Positions 10,901 through 22,745 of a DNA stretch of 64,000 nucleotides are shown piece by piece. The DNA lies in NCBI RefSeq assembly GCF_022045235.1, contig NW_027266308.1, positions 58,528,001 through 58,592,000 of the forward strand, given 5' to 3'. The stretch's first letter is position 1, and every line of letters begins with the position of its first letter. The translations under genes and the position numbers were made by a program. The notes below the pieces were generated by a model. The model was not told the origin of the DNA. It saw only the letters and a program-made list of their open reading frames with translations, and did not search any database. Source of the stretch: Haliotis cracherodii. Lineage: Eukaryota.

Positions 10901-13263
10901 GAACTGGAAGTGAGATTGGAGTGGATGTGGATTTCACACCGGACATGATTCTGAAAATGAAGAAAAAGCCCTTTTGGCAAATGAAAGCAACAAACAGAAA
11001 TTCATCACTCTGTTGGGGTCAAAAATCAAAAAAGGTGGGTTTTCAGATTAAACACTCATCCGGAGATGCTGACTATGACATTGCAATGTCTGCCTGTACA
11101 TTGGCTCAAAAACTAGTGGTAGGGAATGACACCGACCTTCTCATCCTGTTGCAATATCACTTCAGACTCGATACCATGAGGCCATCTTTCTTCAGACAAG
11201 TACAAAGATCATTGAAATCTTCATCCTACAGATGATCCTTGATCCTAATCTCAGCCATTCTTTGCTCTTTGTATATGCATTGTCAGGGACCTACACAGCA
11301 TCGAGGCCATATGGCATACGGATGGTCTCAGGAATATTCAAAGGTTTTCATGGTGACAGGTGGAAACCATGCAGAAATCGAGCAGGCTGGTAATCAGGCA
11401 CTTGCAATCCTCTACAGCTGTATGCCTGGCTTGGATTTGAATTCTGAACGTGTGACAAAATTCACTGAGAAGGTATGTATCAAGCTCGAATTACCTACCC
11501 CTTCGACACCTTCCACCGACATCAGATGCTGCCAGATTGCCCAGCCAACGAGTCTGACTCCAAGTGCAGACCTGGCTAGGCAACAATATGGATGCGACAA
11601 TATTAAAGCATCCATTGCTAATCTATGTCAGCAGGCTACAGAATCCATGTATTTCGTACTACGTAAAAGCCGAAACCTTAATTTATCAATTCAATGCCAA
11701 TTATATCTTTTTGACACAATGGTAAAACCAATCTTATGGTTGTGAATTATGGGGTTCTGTTAATCTAAAACAAATTGAAAATGTACATATTTGTTTTATG
11801 AGAAAATTATTACCTGTTAAAAAGAGTACCCCTATTCATGCTTTACGGTGAACTAGGTAGAGTTCCGTTATCTGTTGATGTTAAAACCCGTATGTTAACC
11901 TTTTGGTCGAAATTACTTACAGATAAATCCAGCAAAATATCTGGCTCAAAGCAACAGCTCACTCTATTTTAACTGATCATGCTAAACAAACCTGGAGCTC
12001 TGAGGTGGAAAATTCAAAAAAAAAGTGTAGTCTATTCTCTCTTGAAACCACAATTTGAATTAGAAAATTATCTGACGTCCCTACCCCTAAATAAAGCTAT
12101 CCCTCTACTTTTATTTCGTACTTCATGCCACCACTTACCAATTGAAAAAGGAAGATGGAATGGGATACCTATTTGTGAAAGAAAATGTAAACCGTGTTTT
12201 ATTGATGATATTGGAGATGAATTTCACTATATTTTTAAATGTCCATATTTTACGAAAGAAAGAATTTTGTATATCCCACCTACATATTCTAAAAGACCTA
12301 ATATGATTAAATTTTAAAGACTTTTCACTTGTAAAGAGATATCTGTATTAAAAAACCTTAGTAAATTCTGTAAATATGTAATGCAAATTGTAAAATCTTC
12401 CGGCTAACCACATATCCGCTATTATAATGTGTATTTTGCTGTCATTTTGTATCTCATATGCCAAGGATCTCGGCCCGAGCGTAATAAAGTTCTGTTCTGT
12501 TCTGACAGAATGGGGCTGGACGCTTCACAAGAGCAACAAGGGCACTATATTGAAACCAATCACAAGGCACCAAGCTGTCACTCCTAAATTTTTGTTGAAA
12601 ATAATCAGATACAATTGCACTGGAAAGTGTGATGAAAACACATGCTCATGCAGAATATTTTTGTCTACAATGTACCTCAGCATGTGGACAATGCAAAGAG
12701 ATGACATGTTCAAATGGACCAAGTCATGACTTTTCTGACATAACTGAATAATCGTCTCTTCATGTACAGTATATGAGTGTGATTATAAAGACTTTCTTGA
12801 ACTTTAGACATTTAAATTGATACTAAGTTTGACTTGTAAACTGTAGTATTGCAGGGTTATATCCTCTTTATAAGCCCGTGTTAAGTATTTTGTAGTCTGA
12901 TATGGAACAATTGCATTTTTTTCACATTTCGGGCAGCCGTAATTTATTTCTGTGTAAGATTTCACTTCAAAATTGTTATATATATATTCCCCTGTCTGGA
13001 TCCTATGAAGTTGATTTTAAATAGAGTCATCAGCCATGTTTAGATTTTGATTGATTCTTTTTTTTTTTAATTTTTAGATTTTCGTTTGTACTGATGGCGG
13101 CCATCTTGGATTTGACCTATTTTGGGTGTTTCCCCATGTCAAATTTTGGTAAACTATTTTTTTTTTTAAAGTAGACCTATCAAGGCAGTGAAATGTGTTA
13201 AAAAACCTTTTCCGTCAATTTTGTTGAACCTTCATGAAAAATAAACCTTTAATTACCGGACTA
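7992..13263 (+). mobile_element. Academ (AcademX-type) DNA transposon, degenerate
   Basis: TAG...CTA termini, about 165-bp imperfect TIRs, 3-bp TSD TTG (7989-91 / 13264-66). Coding relics: DGTGSIHAMG, ITIDQQIW, MSFVGTVGNLMAGSGLKE, VFDGY, GDADYDIA, GNDTDLLILL (XPG-like), and a C-terminal Cys-rich CTGKCDENTCSCR. Confidence 0.85.
11600..12503 (+). mobile_element. 3' fragment of an RTE-X-like LINE inserted in the Academ ORF
   Basis: LFDTMVKPIL, YGELGR, HHLPIEKGRW..ERKCKPC..IGDEFHYIFKC; tail AATAAAG(TTCTG)n; GACA duplicated at 11596-99 / 12504-07. Confidence 0.8.
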
Positions 13264-15006
13264 TTGTGTCCCTTGGCCACGCCATAGACCGAAGATCCTG
13301 GGTTCGCACCGATTACGTTCCAGGCTAGTCAGCACCATGCTCGTGGGTTTCACCAGGGTGCAACATTTCTGAGACTTGAATGACTTCGGGCTTTACCGCC
13401 ACGTCAATCTGGCACATCGTGATAAATCCAACAAAATCTTTTGAAAAGCTGCGTTTAGCTCACCCACTCACCCACTCACTCTGATAGTATGTGTGAGTTG
13501 GGTCGAACGCCTCTTTGATCACGGGTTGTCAGTTTAGTGTGGGTTGAAAGAACAACGTTAAGTTCGAGCAGGGGCTTAATGTTAACAAATCGATGATCAT
13601 AATATGGGGTATATTATATTTGAACCCATGACCACTGAATTCTGAAAGTAATAAGGGAGCTAACTGTGCAGAATGAATTGTTACAATTCACATGACTGCC
13701 GTGTTGGCAATGTCGATCCACTGATGGGTTAGGTGGGGATTGATTCATTGGTCTTTTTTCATTGACAAATTGATATAAAGAGGCGGGGAAAAGAAACTTG
13801 ATAAGGGGGTTAGAATAACAATTACAAACGTTATCAAAACGTTACAAGGTTGAAAACAGTCGAAGAATCATTGCAAGCATGAGGTCCGAAACACAATTAT
13901 GATACATCACCATCGAATAACCATTTCTTGTTTGTTCATATTTAGCAACCATAAAACATGCGTGTTTACTTTCTTTTGTCAAGCGCTTTGGGATGTATTT
14001 GGATAGCGAGACTGTGTCATTGCACAGAATCTCGCTCTGAACTAATGATGAGGCACTTCCCAAACACCCATATCATGGCAACATTCATACGGCACGTATT
14101 TTCATGTTTTTGACAAAAACGTCAGCGAAACTAAACATTCAGTATTTTTCAATAATAGATGTGCATACATGCATAGTTACATAACACTCATGAACATCCC
14201 ACATGGCTTGGTGCAAATTGCCTATTTTAACGATGTGTCGTTCAATGCGTACATCGTTGAAGGACAAAAGGTACAGAACAATGGTTGTTTGTAGTACAGC
14301 CCTCTTATGGGGTTATGTGTTTGTACATATGCCTGTGCTGTTATGAGGTGCCCGTTTGACAAATACAAGATAATGATTATAAGTGAATCTTCCCTAATTA
14401 GAGGGTCTAGCTGTGAGTGAGGCCATACCTGCCGTGCAAACGGACTATGGTGCATGACACGGTGCACGCTTCCAGTCTAAGCCAAGACTATTGGCACACT
14501 GAGCCATTGTCTACATTACATTGAGTGAGTGAGTGAGTGAGTGAGTGAGTGAGTTGGGTTTAACGCCACTTTTATACATTGCGTAATGAGGGTAATTACC
14601 AATTTGCTAAATTAACATACATAATAAGATTTGAGTACATAGACAAACTTTGTTTTTTTGGCTACTTTGGGATATTTTTCCTTACGCCCGATGGAATCTG
14701 TTATGGCGATTGTTCGAGATTGATCGAGTTGTTCTTTGGTGTTAATGTTAAATTAAATTTATCAAATTTGCTAAGGGGTCCACCATTTGATATTCTGTGC
14801 CTTAATATATTTCTTTTGCGGCTAACATTTGTTTCAACTGTCGGAAGCGTGATTATTTTTTTCAAGCATTTTGTTGGACAATTTTGTCCTAAATTGCCCT
14901 GAACCTAGAAAAAGTAAAATTAGTAATCATACTTTGAAAGATTACACATAACAGAAATTAGACATGAGTAAAATGGCTTAACATTTCCTATAAGTAACAG
15001 TAATTA

Positions 15007-15645
15007 GGAGGATCCAGTGTGCCCCTGCTTGACCGCCTAACTGTAGACCATGAGGATACAGTGTGCCCCTGCTTGACCGCCTAAATGTAGACCAGGAGGA
15101 TCCAGTGTGCCCCTGCTTGACCGCCTAACTGTGGACCAGGAAGATTTAGTGTGCCCCTGCTTGACCGCCTAACTGTAGACCATGAGGATACAGTGTGCCC
15201 CTGCTTGACCGCCTAAATGTAGACCAGGAGGATCCAGTGTGCCCCTGCTTGACCGCCTAAATGTAGACCAGGAGGATACAGTGTGCCCCTGCTTGACCGC
15301 CTAAATGTGGACCAGGAGGATCCAGTATGCCCCTGCTTGACCGCCTAACTGTGGACCAGGAAGATTTAGTGTGCCCCTGCTTAACCGCCTAACTGTGGAC
15401 CAGGAGGATCCAGTGTGCCCCTGCTTGACCGCCTAAATGTAGACCAGGAGGATCCAGTGTGCCCCTGCTTGACCGCCTAAATGTAGACCAGGAGGATACA
15501 GTGTGCCCCTGCTTGACCGCCTAACTGTGGACCAGGAGGATCCAGTGTGCCCCTGCTTGACCGCCTAACTGTGGACTAGGAGGATCCAATGTGCCCCTGC
15601 TTGACCGCCTGACTGTGGACCAGGAGGATCCAATGTGCCCCTGCT
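15007..15645. repeat. 44-bp minisatellite, about 14.5 copies
   Basis: Unit GGAGGATCCAGTGTGCCCCTGCTTGACCGCCTAACTGTAGACCA. Confidence 0.97.
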
Positions 15646-16576
15646 TACTGTGCACTGGCACATCAGGATTATTTATGTCACCACCTAGATGTTGGTGCTT
15701 GTTTTCGATTCCAGTCGTAAATTTCCAACGAACAACCCATGATGGTACAGGTAAATGTACATATTTTCACCCGTGGGTTTAATGATTATGATCACTTGGT
15801 GATAACAGCAGAAAAGGAGATAATTCTTCACGCTTTCACTTACAATTCTAGATACGTTAGATACGTTCTTAACTACAGAATATTTATGGGAATTTATTAT
15901 ATAATTAAATTTATAAAGATTTAGCCATTTACAATAATAATCAGAAATATTTAAACAGATCTAGTAATTTCGAAAGCTTAACATTTAAATTGATAATTAT
16001 AACTCTGAAACTCTGCTAATGCTGGCGAGTCGGAAAGATATTGATATACATCGGAGTCATTTAGAAATAAAACCCCACAGAATAGCAATGGCGATAAACT
16101 CTTTCCTTGCCGGACACCCGATCAACTATAGATATAATTAGATAATATATTGTCTACCATTACACATGATTTGATATTACTGTACATGTTATTGCCTAAG
16201 TTCAGAAATGTACCATCTTATATGATGAAATAACATTGGTGCCAGTGGCCTACTCTCCAAACGCTATCAAATGCTTAAGTAAAATCAATGAAAGCACAGT
16301 ATAATATTCTTTTAGAATCCTTAAAAAAAGTGTTCTGACATACTAGTATATAAAATGAAAATATTATCTACTGTTCAGAATTTTCAATCTTAAACTTGCC
16401 TGTGCTTGTGAATAATTTTCCGAAACAACGAGGAATTGTGATTATATATACTTTGTGCAAAAGCAGTGATAAAATCAATTAAACTTTTATCATTACAAGC
16501 AGTTTGGCTATTTTGTAATTATTGCCGATGCGTCCATTACATATGAATAAAATATGGAATCATACATTTCAACTAG

Positions 16577-16932
16577 AGACCGCCTCCGTGGTCTTGTGGT
16601 AGGGCGTCCGCCCGGAGAGCGGAAGGTCCGGGGTTCGATTCCCGGCCGCGTCATACCAAAAGACGTTAAAAGATGGTACTTGTTGTTACCCTGTCTGGCG
16701 CTCGGCATTAAGGGGCTAAAACAAGGACTGGTCGGCTCGGAGTCAGTATACTGTGTCTGAGTGGGATATTCATGTTAAAGTGCGGCATGGTATCTCCGTG
16801 AGCTAGCACTATAAATCGGCATTAGTCCGGACTAGTACAAGCAGCCACACAAACACACACACGTACATGCACGTCGCTATATAAGTGCAATAATCTTGGA
16901 CGCAACGTTAAACCCCATTTCACCTCACCTCA
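16577..16932 (+). mobile_element. SINE family C (V-SINE/RUDI-like), near full length
   Basis: tRNA-like head with GGTTCGATTCC, core GTCATACCAAAAGACGTTAAAAGATGGTAC..GGCATTAAGG, (CA)n, (CACCT)n tail. Other copies at about 20520-20930(-), 24062-24352 and 55700-55830. Confidence 0.75.
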
Positions 16933-17136
16933 CCATTTCAATTAGATGTTTACCATACTCATTAAATCCACCATTGTCCATTCTATATTTCTCTTTTGAT
17001 ATGTTCGCCTTCTCTAAAATGAACTCAGAGACAAGTTCTTTTCTCATTCCTTCACTATCTAAACCAAACTTCAAACAAAATAATCAACAACACTGTAGTC
17101 TCGCTCTTGTTGTCCTGGCGTTAAAGCTCCCGAACA

Positions 17137-17415
17137 AGTGAGTTTAACGCCGCTTTTAACAGTATTCCAGTTATATCACGGCCTGTCAGCTTAATGTGGA
17201 AGGAAAGCCCGAAGTGATGCAGGTCTCAGATGTTTACCACTTCGGCGAAACCCACGAGCACGGTTATGGTGCTGACAAACCTGGACACATAATCGGGGCG
17301 AACCGGGAATCGAACCCACAATCATATGTTTCTAGCATGCCCAAGGCAACTCTGCGCAACTCTGCGCAACTCTGCGCAGCGAATCGCGGCGCCTTAGACG
17401 ACTGGGCCACCCGTG
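17137..17415 (-). mobile_element. SINE family A
   Basis: Reverse copy with an internal triplication of GCAACTCTGC. Confidence 0.85.
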
Positions 17416-17425
17416 GCCCCTCCGA

Positions 17426-17990
17426 TCAACGTGACATAATCAGTACGTGACAGTGCCTGTGACACAGATTGTTGTAACACATAAAACAGATCCGAGGAAT
17501 ACTTTGACCCCTCAGGGGAATATACACAACGCCAATCTCCATATCCTGTTTAATGTTGAACAGCGTTTTCGATATTTTCAACCAAAGAATACATTCATTC
17601 TGAGAATTTAACAAAGAAATATAACCTGAAAGATTGTTTCTGACAGCAAGTGCTAAGCCACCAGGGCGCCGTTCTTCAAAGCGATCTTAGCACTAAGTTG
17701 ATCGTAAGTCCCATAGTTTAACATAGGCTTAAGATCATTGTAGCGCTAAGATCGCTTTGTGGAACGGGGCCCTGATCGTCTACAAATTTTAGAACGATGT
17801 TGAACATAAAGTTTATAGCCATCTATGGTAAGATCGTCAAAAGAATTAAGTCTTGTTTCCTAAAAACACAAACATCTTTGTTTTCAATTAAATAAACAAA
17901 TTCAAGGTCATCGAGTCTTCTTCGTAAACCACATCAATTTAACCTAACTAAACGTGCACCATTTTGTTGACAATGCCAACCATTAGGCTG
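17426..17990 (-). mobile_element. LINE APE-endonuclease fragment
   Basis: ETRLNSFDDLTIDGYKLYVQHRSKICRRSGGLALAVRNN...ILWLKI...IGVVYIP, once the MITE is removed. Confidence 0.75.
17665..17771. mobile_element. Palindromic MITE (PIF/Harbinger-like) inside the LINE fragment
   Basis: Arms GGCGCCGTTCTTCAAAGCGATCTTAGC / GCTAAGATCGCTTTGTGGAACGGGGCC, flanked by CAG/CTG. Confidence 0.7.
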
Positions 17991-18975
17991 ATTATGATCG
18001 TACGTACCTGCCGATGTCAGTGGTACACAATTTCTACACTGCTTGAACTCCTCATTGGATAGCATCAATAATCTAATCAAACAACTGCATCAAAGAAATT
18101 CAAAAACAATCAGTAAGGTATTCGAACTCCTATATACGATTATTATACAAATAAAACCTTATCAAAATCCTGACAAATCTCTGTTGAAAGATGTCCAGAG
18201 TCCCTTTGTCATAAGCATGGATTTATGATCACTATCAAAAAGTAATCACACCACTGATGTCTTTCGTTATAACTTAATCCAGTTGTTCGTTGACATGATT
18301 CAAACGTTGATTTAAAGCATGACTGATATCATTTGCAAGTATCCATTCTGTCCTGAAACCCAACTCCCAATACACTGTCATTATGTTCTCGTCAGATCGA
18401 TATCTCTCTCTGTGACAACCCTAACCTCTACTACGTATGTGCTATATACAAGCAGCGCACACCAATACACACCTGTGTCCAGTCGAAGGAGCGACGTTTG
18501 CCTTCTCTAGGGCTGAGCTGACTCAAGTCCCCAGTATGTTGACATGGCTGCTGTTTCTGGTTGCATGTTCTCCGGTTTCAGGTAAGATACTTGTGAACCG
18601 TTTGAGGAAATAGTATGAAACACCAGAAATTCAGAAACGTTCCGATGTAAATGCAGCCGGAATCAGCGGTTATGCTGGTATTAGAAATATCTGAACTTTC
18701 AACATTTTGCGGAATGGCGCGTTACTATTTGTGAATTAAAACAATTTTATGAGATGTTATTAACACACAGTTCGTAGGAAATCAGCGGTAACCTTGAAGA
18801 TTAAAACATCAAAGAGGTGTAGTTTGATTTAGTAAACCAAAAAGCGCATAGCTTTTCAAACCTGTTAAGCCTTTGAATATTTATCTACCAGCAACAATTG
18901 TAATCTTAAATGGCTTCATTTGTAACTAAAAAAACTTGCTTTGGAGTGTGCATGTCAACATCTTTCCTATGTTAA

Positions 18976-19116
18976 GGGGCGGTGGTGTAGCCTAGTGGTT
19001 AAAGCGTTCGTCCGTCACGCCGAAGACCCGGGTTTAATTCCCCACATGGGTACAATGTGTTGAACCCATTTCTGATGTGAATATTGCTAAAAGAGGCGTA
19101 AAATCATACTCACTCA
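18976..19116 (+). mobile_element. SINE family B
   Basis: Same head and tail as the other B copies. Confidence 0.85.
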
Positions 19117-19439
19117 CAAACTCCTATGTTAAATATCACGTGTTCTTGTTTGTGCTCAATCGTACAAGACACAATAGTTCTAGCATATTCAACAGGGCAA
19201 TAAACATTGCTAGTCTAGACATATATACGGATGGAAGTGAATAAAGACACACTTAGCTTTAGACACAGTAGAAGCATATGCTACGATGTGTTCCCTGGCA
19301 TGTCTTCCAAACAGGCGTTGGAGACAACGCACACAAACACATCTCAAACATTTGATTCTGACATGTGTTGAATTTGTATGCGCGCTATTTCAAATGTACT
19401 GACAGTAAAGCTTATTTCCCTATCATTTTTCCCATTCGT

Positions 19440-20086
19440 TGCCATCAGTATATCTAAATCGCCAATTATTGTTTCTAACTGGGTTTTCATATGTGTGGTT
19501 GTCTCAGGATTGCGGCGATATGAAAGGCTTCATGGTTATATTCAAACAACGATGTAAAGATATAGAATTTCAAAACTGGCAAAACAAAATCACAAATTCT
19601 TCTTTCCTTGATGTTTATTCGTCTTATACATCATTACTTGAACAAGAAAAATATCTGTCTTACTTTAGCATGTGAAAGAGAGCTTTATGTAAATTGCGTT
19701 GTTTAAGCCATAATCTAAATGTACAGGAAAACCCGATTTAATACAACCACAGAGTCATCGTTTAGTTTATGTATGAAATGTATACGCTATGAAATAGAAA
19801 ACGAATACCATTGTTTGTTAATTTGTCCTTTTTATAAAGTAGTAGAGAAAATTTAATTCCAAAATGTTACCATGTGCAACCATTTGTCCCAAAATTTGTC
19901 TTCTATCTACCAGAAATGATTGTGTTATAAACCTGTCCATTATATTTAAAAAGACATTTACCTATGTAAATACAAATGTAAAAAAAGATGAACGTTTGTT
20001 GTAAGAAAAATTAGCATATATTATTCCTGTCAATGAAATCTGGGCCATGTGGCCTTCATTCATGAATAAACTTCTTCTTCTTCTTC
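19440..20086 (+). mobile_element. 3' fragment of an RTE-X-like LINE
   Basis: GFSYVWLSQ, FKQRCKD, EKYL, IENEYHCLLICPFY; tail AATAAA(CTT)n. Confidence 0.75.
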
Positions 20087-21354
20087 TAAATCGCCATAAG
20101 GTAAAGTAAAAACTCAAATAAAGCAATCGCCAAATTGAATTTATCATATATAATTATCGTCTTACTGAAAACGAAAGACGTTAACCTAAGCTTACTGGGA
20201 AATGTTTCATTGGCACGCATCATTTATTGATGATATGGGCAATAAACCCAGACTTTCGCCAAATGGGATGGTTAACTGAGTATCGTTATGTTGAAATGAT
20301 TACATCTTGATGAGGCAAGGCTTTGAGTGTGATTGAGGATGTCCTGCTTCATATCCGGTGCCGCCAGTACTGATAGCCAATCGTTCTTCAATGATATGGT
20401 GTTTGCCCAGTCATGTGATAAAAATGCTTGATTTTTATGTACAACGGCAACATTATAGGTGGGATAATGGGGTTTAATGTAGCGTGCAAGATTATTTCAT
20501 TTATATACAGACATGGATGACACTCGTGTGTGTGTGGCTGCTTGCCTAGCCCGGACTTAAGCCGATTTTATAGTGCTAGCTCACTGAGACACCACGAGAT
20601 TTAACGAATACTCCGCCCACATACGGTATACCGACTCCCAGAATGAGTCGTCGTGTCCTAAATTGCGTTATCCATTTATGTTGAACGCCATGCAGGGTAA
20701 CAACAATACCATAATTTAAAATCTTTTGGTATCAATCGGCCAGGGGGTCGAGGCACCTACCTTCCACTCTCCACGAAGCGGTTCTTGTTTTATTCCCTTA
20801 ATGCCGCTCGCCAGGCAGTGTACATCAGCAAGTTCAATTAACGTCTTTTGTTATGACGTGGCCAGTGTACCGAACCATCGAAATTCCTCTCTCTGGACAG
20901 ACGCTCTATCTACTAGATCATGGAGGGGTATATTGGTCAGAAAGACTATCCGTGGTAGATCATTCTATGACATATTCACCAACGTACATTTAGTATGACC
21001 ATCCCAAATCGTAAGCAGTGATCCAGAGGACTGTATGTTTAATTATTGAAGGGAACCAAGAAAAACCAAAGAAAACCAAAACGAAGAACTTGATAAAAAG
21101 GCAGCACCAGTGTAACATCACATCAGCATGACATCATAGTGACGTCACGTTAATATGTCATTATCTCGGGCAATAACGCTATATGATAAAGAGCGCGCGC
21201 ATGTTCTGCCTTAATTAGACTGATTGCAACACATCATAGATTTGTTCGTTTCTTGCTATTTCTTGCTATTTCACGCCGAACTGTTTCAATTATTATCACG
21301 GTGGCATATCAGTAATCGAATCTGGGACAGATAAACCAATGGTTGATATTATGA

Positions 21355-22745
21355 GCAAAAAGAAAAAAGAAACCCAAAATTTATAAAATCATTAACATCT
21401 GACAGAGTGTTGACGACATCCAAAGAAAATTAATACCAAAAATGAATTGGTCATTTCTGCATGGCTAGGGATTCATTTGTGTGGGAAGAATATGGCGCTG
21501 CAGAAATTTTGTGGAAAGATGGAAAACATCACAACACGAGAGAGACTGACACCGAAACCAACCAACATGATATGCACGTCCAACACCACTTATAAACATT
21601 GGGTGTTCATTTGCATGCCATTACAAACGTAAAGCAAACGAACGGCTAAACATGACTGACGGAAGCCCAACGCAACTACAAAATCGGTCGACTGGAAACA
21701 GGAGAATCATCTTCAGCTGTAGACAGGTTTTTCCACGAAGAACCAAGTACCGTTACAAGACTGCGGAACCGTTATCAGACACACGGGACAACACGGGACC
21801 TTCCCAGATCAGGTCGACCACGTATTACTACGTCACTGACGTGAGAGAACCACGACGGCCACCTCTTCAACTACGTCAATACCAGGATTGCGCAGGGTGT
21901 CAGCGTAGACAGTGAGGAACCGTTTACGCACTGAATGTATTTGCGCTAAACGACCAGTTCGAGGTGTCATTTTGACGGACCTTCATCGTCGGCTGCGACG
22001 TCAATGGTGTCAAGGCCCAAAGTATGACCACAACTGTGATGGAGACAAGTGTGGTTTCGTGACGAGTCACATTTTATGTTTCGTCGTGCGGATGGTAGAC
22101 GTCGCGGGGACAGTTATGCACGAAACTGCAGACAGGAAGTGAACAGATTTGGTGGTGGTAGTGTGGTGATGTGGGCAGCCATCTCCTACACTGTAGAACA
22201 GACCTGTTGCAAGTTCTTGACATTTAACAGCACAACGTTACACGGTTGAGATCTTTAGCCACACGTCCTTCCTATTATGCAACAACGAACGTCATTTCTC
22301 AAGTCAACGCCCGACCTCAGACGGCGAGACTGACAACAACCTTTTTCAGGAATCACAACATCCAGATCCTGCCATGGCCCACCAGGTCTCCAGATTAAAA
22401 ACACCAATCGAACATTTATGAGATGAACTGGGTTAACGATAGCGAGCACCTCCGACAGTTGGCACAAGCACTGCAAGCAGAGTGGGTGAACTGTCCCCTG
22501 GCTACAACTAGGGATCTGATTGCCTCTATGATGCCAGTCAGTTTTGGACTCTAATGGTGGTCATGTAAGATAATGAGAACAGATGACCTTAATTTTGAAA
22601 ATCTACTGTTCCATGTGTGCCATATGGACCCACGGTCAATGACAATGACAATGTATGCCAAGTTGAACCAGCTGTTGATTTTTTCTATGATATATAGAAT
22701 ATACATCTAACATCACTCTTGCGTTTCTGTGTTTGCAGAGTATAT
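21355..22745 (+). mobile_element. Tc1/mariner family 2, degenerate copy
   Basis: TVRNRLR, RPVRGVILT, WFRDES, GGGSVVMWAAI, ILPWP; right TIR ...TTTGCAGAGTATA. Confidence 0.85.

Larger units (their letters stand above)
7949..13480 (+). mobile_element. SINE family A copy split by the Academ (halves 7949-7991 and 13264-13480)
   Basis: The two halves rejoin into the family sequence GCAGAGTTG|(C/T)GTCCCTTGG. Confidence 0.8.

Noticed and set aside
15007-15645. CRISPR-like array
   Set aside because: Contiguous near-identical units, no unique spacers, no cas genes, and a eukaryotic context.
18001-18070. Upstream BRMS1 exon (minus-strand donor GTACGT, phase compatible)
   Set aside because: The peptide EEFKQCRNCVPLTSA does not resemble BRMS1 and it adjoins a LINE fragment.
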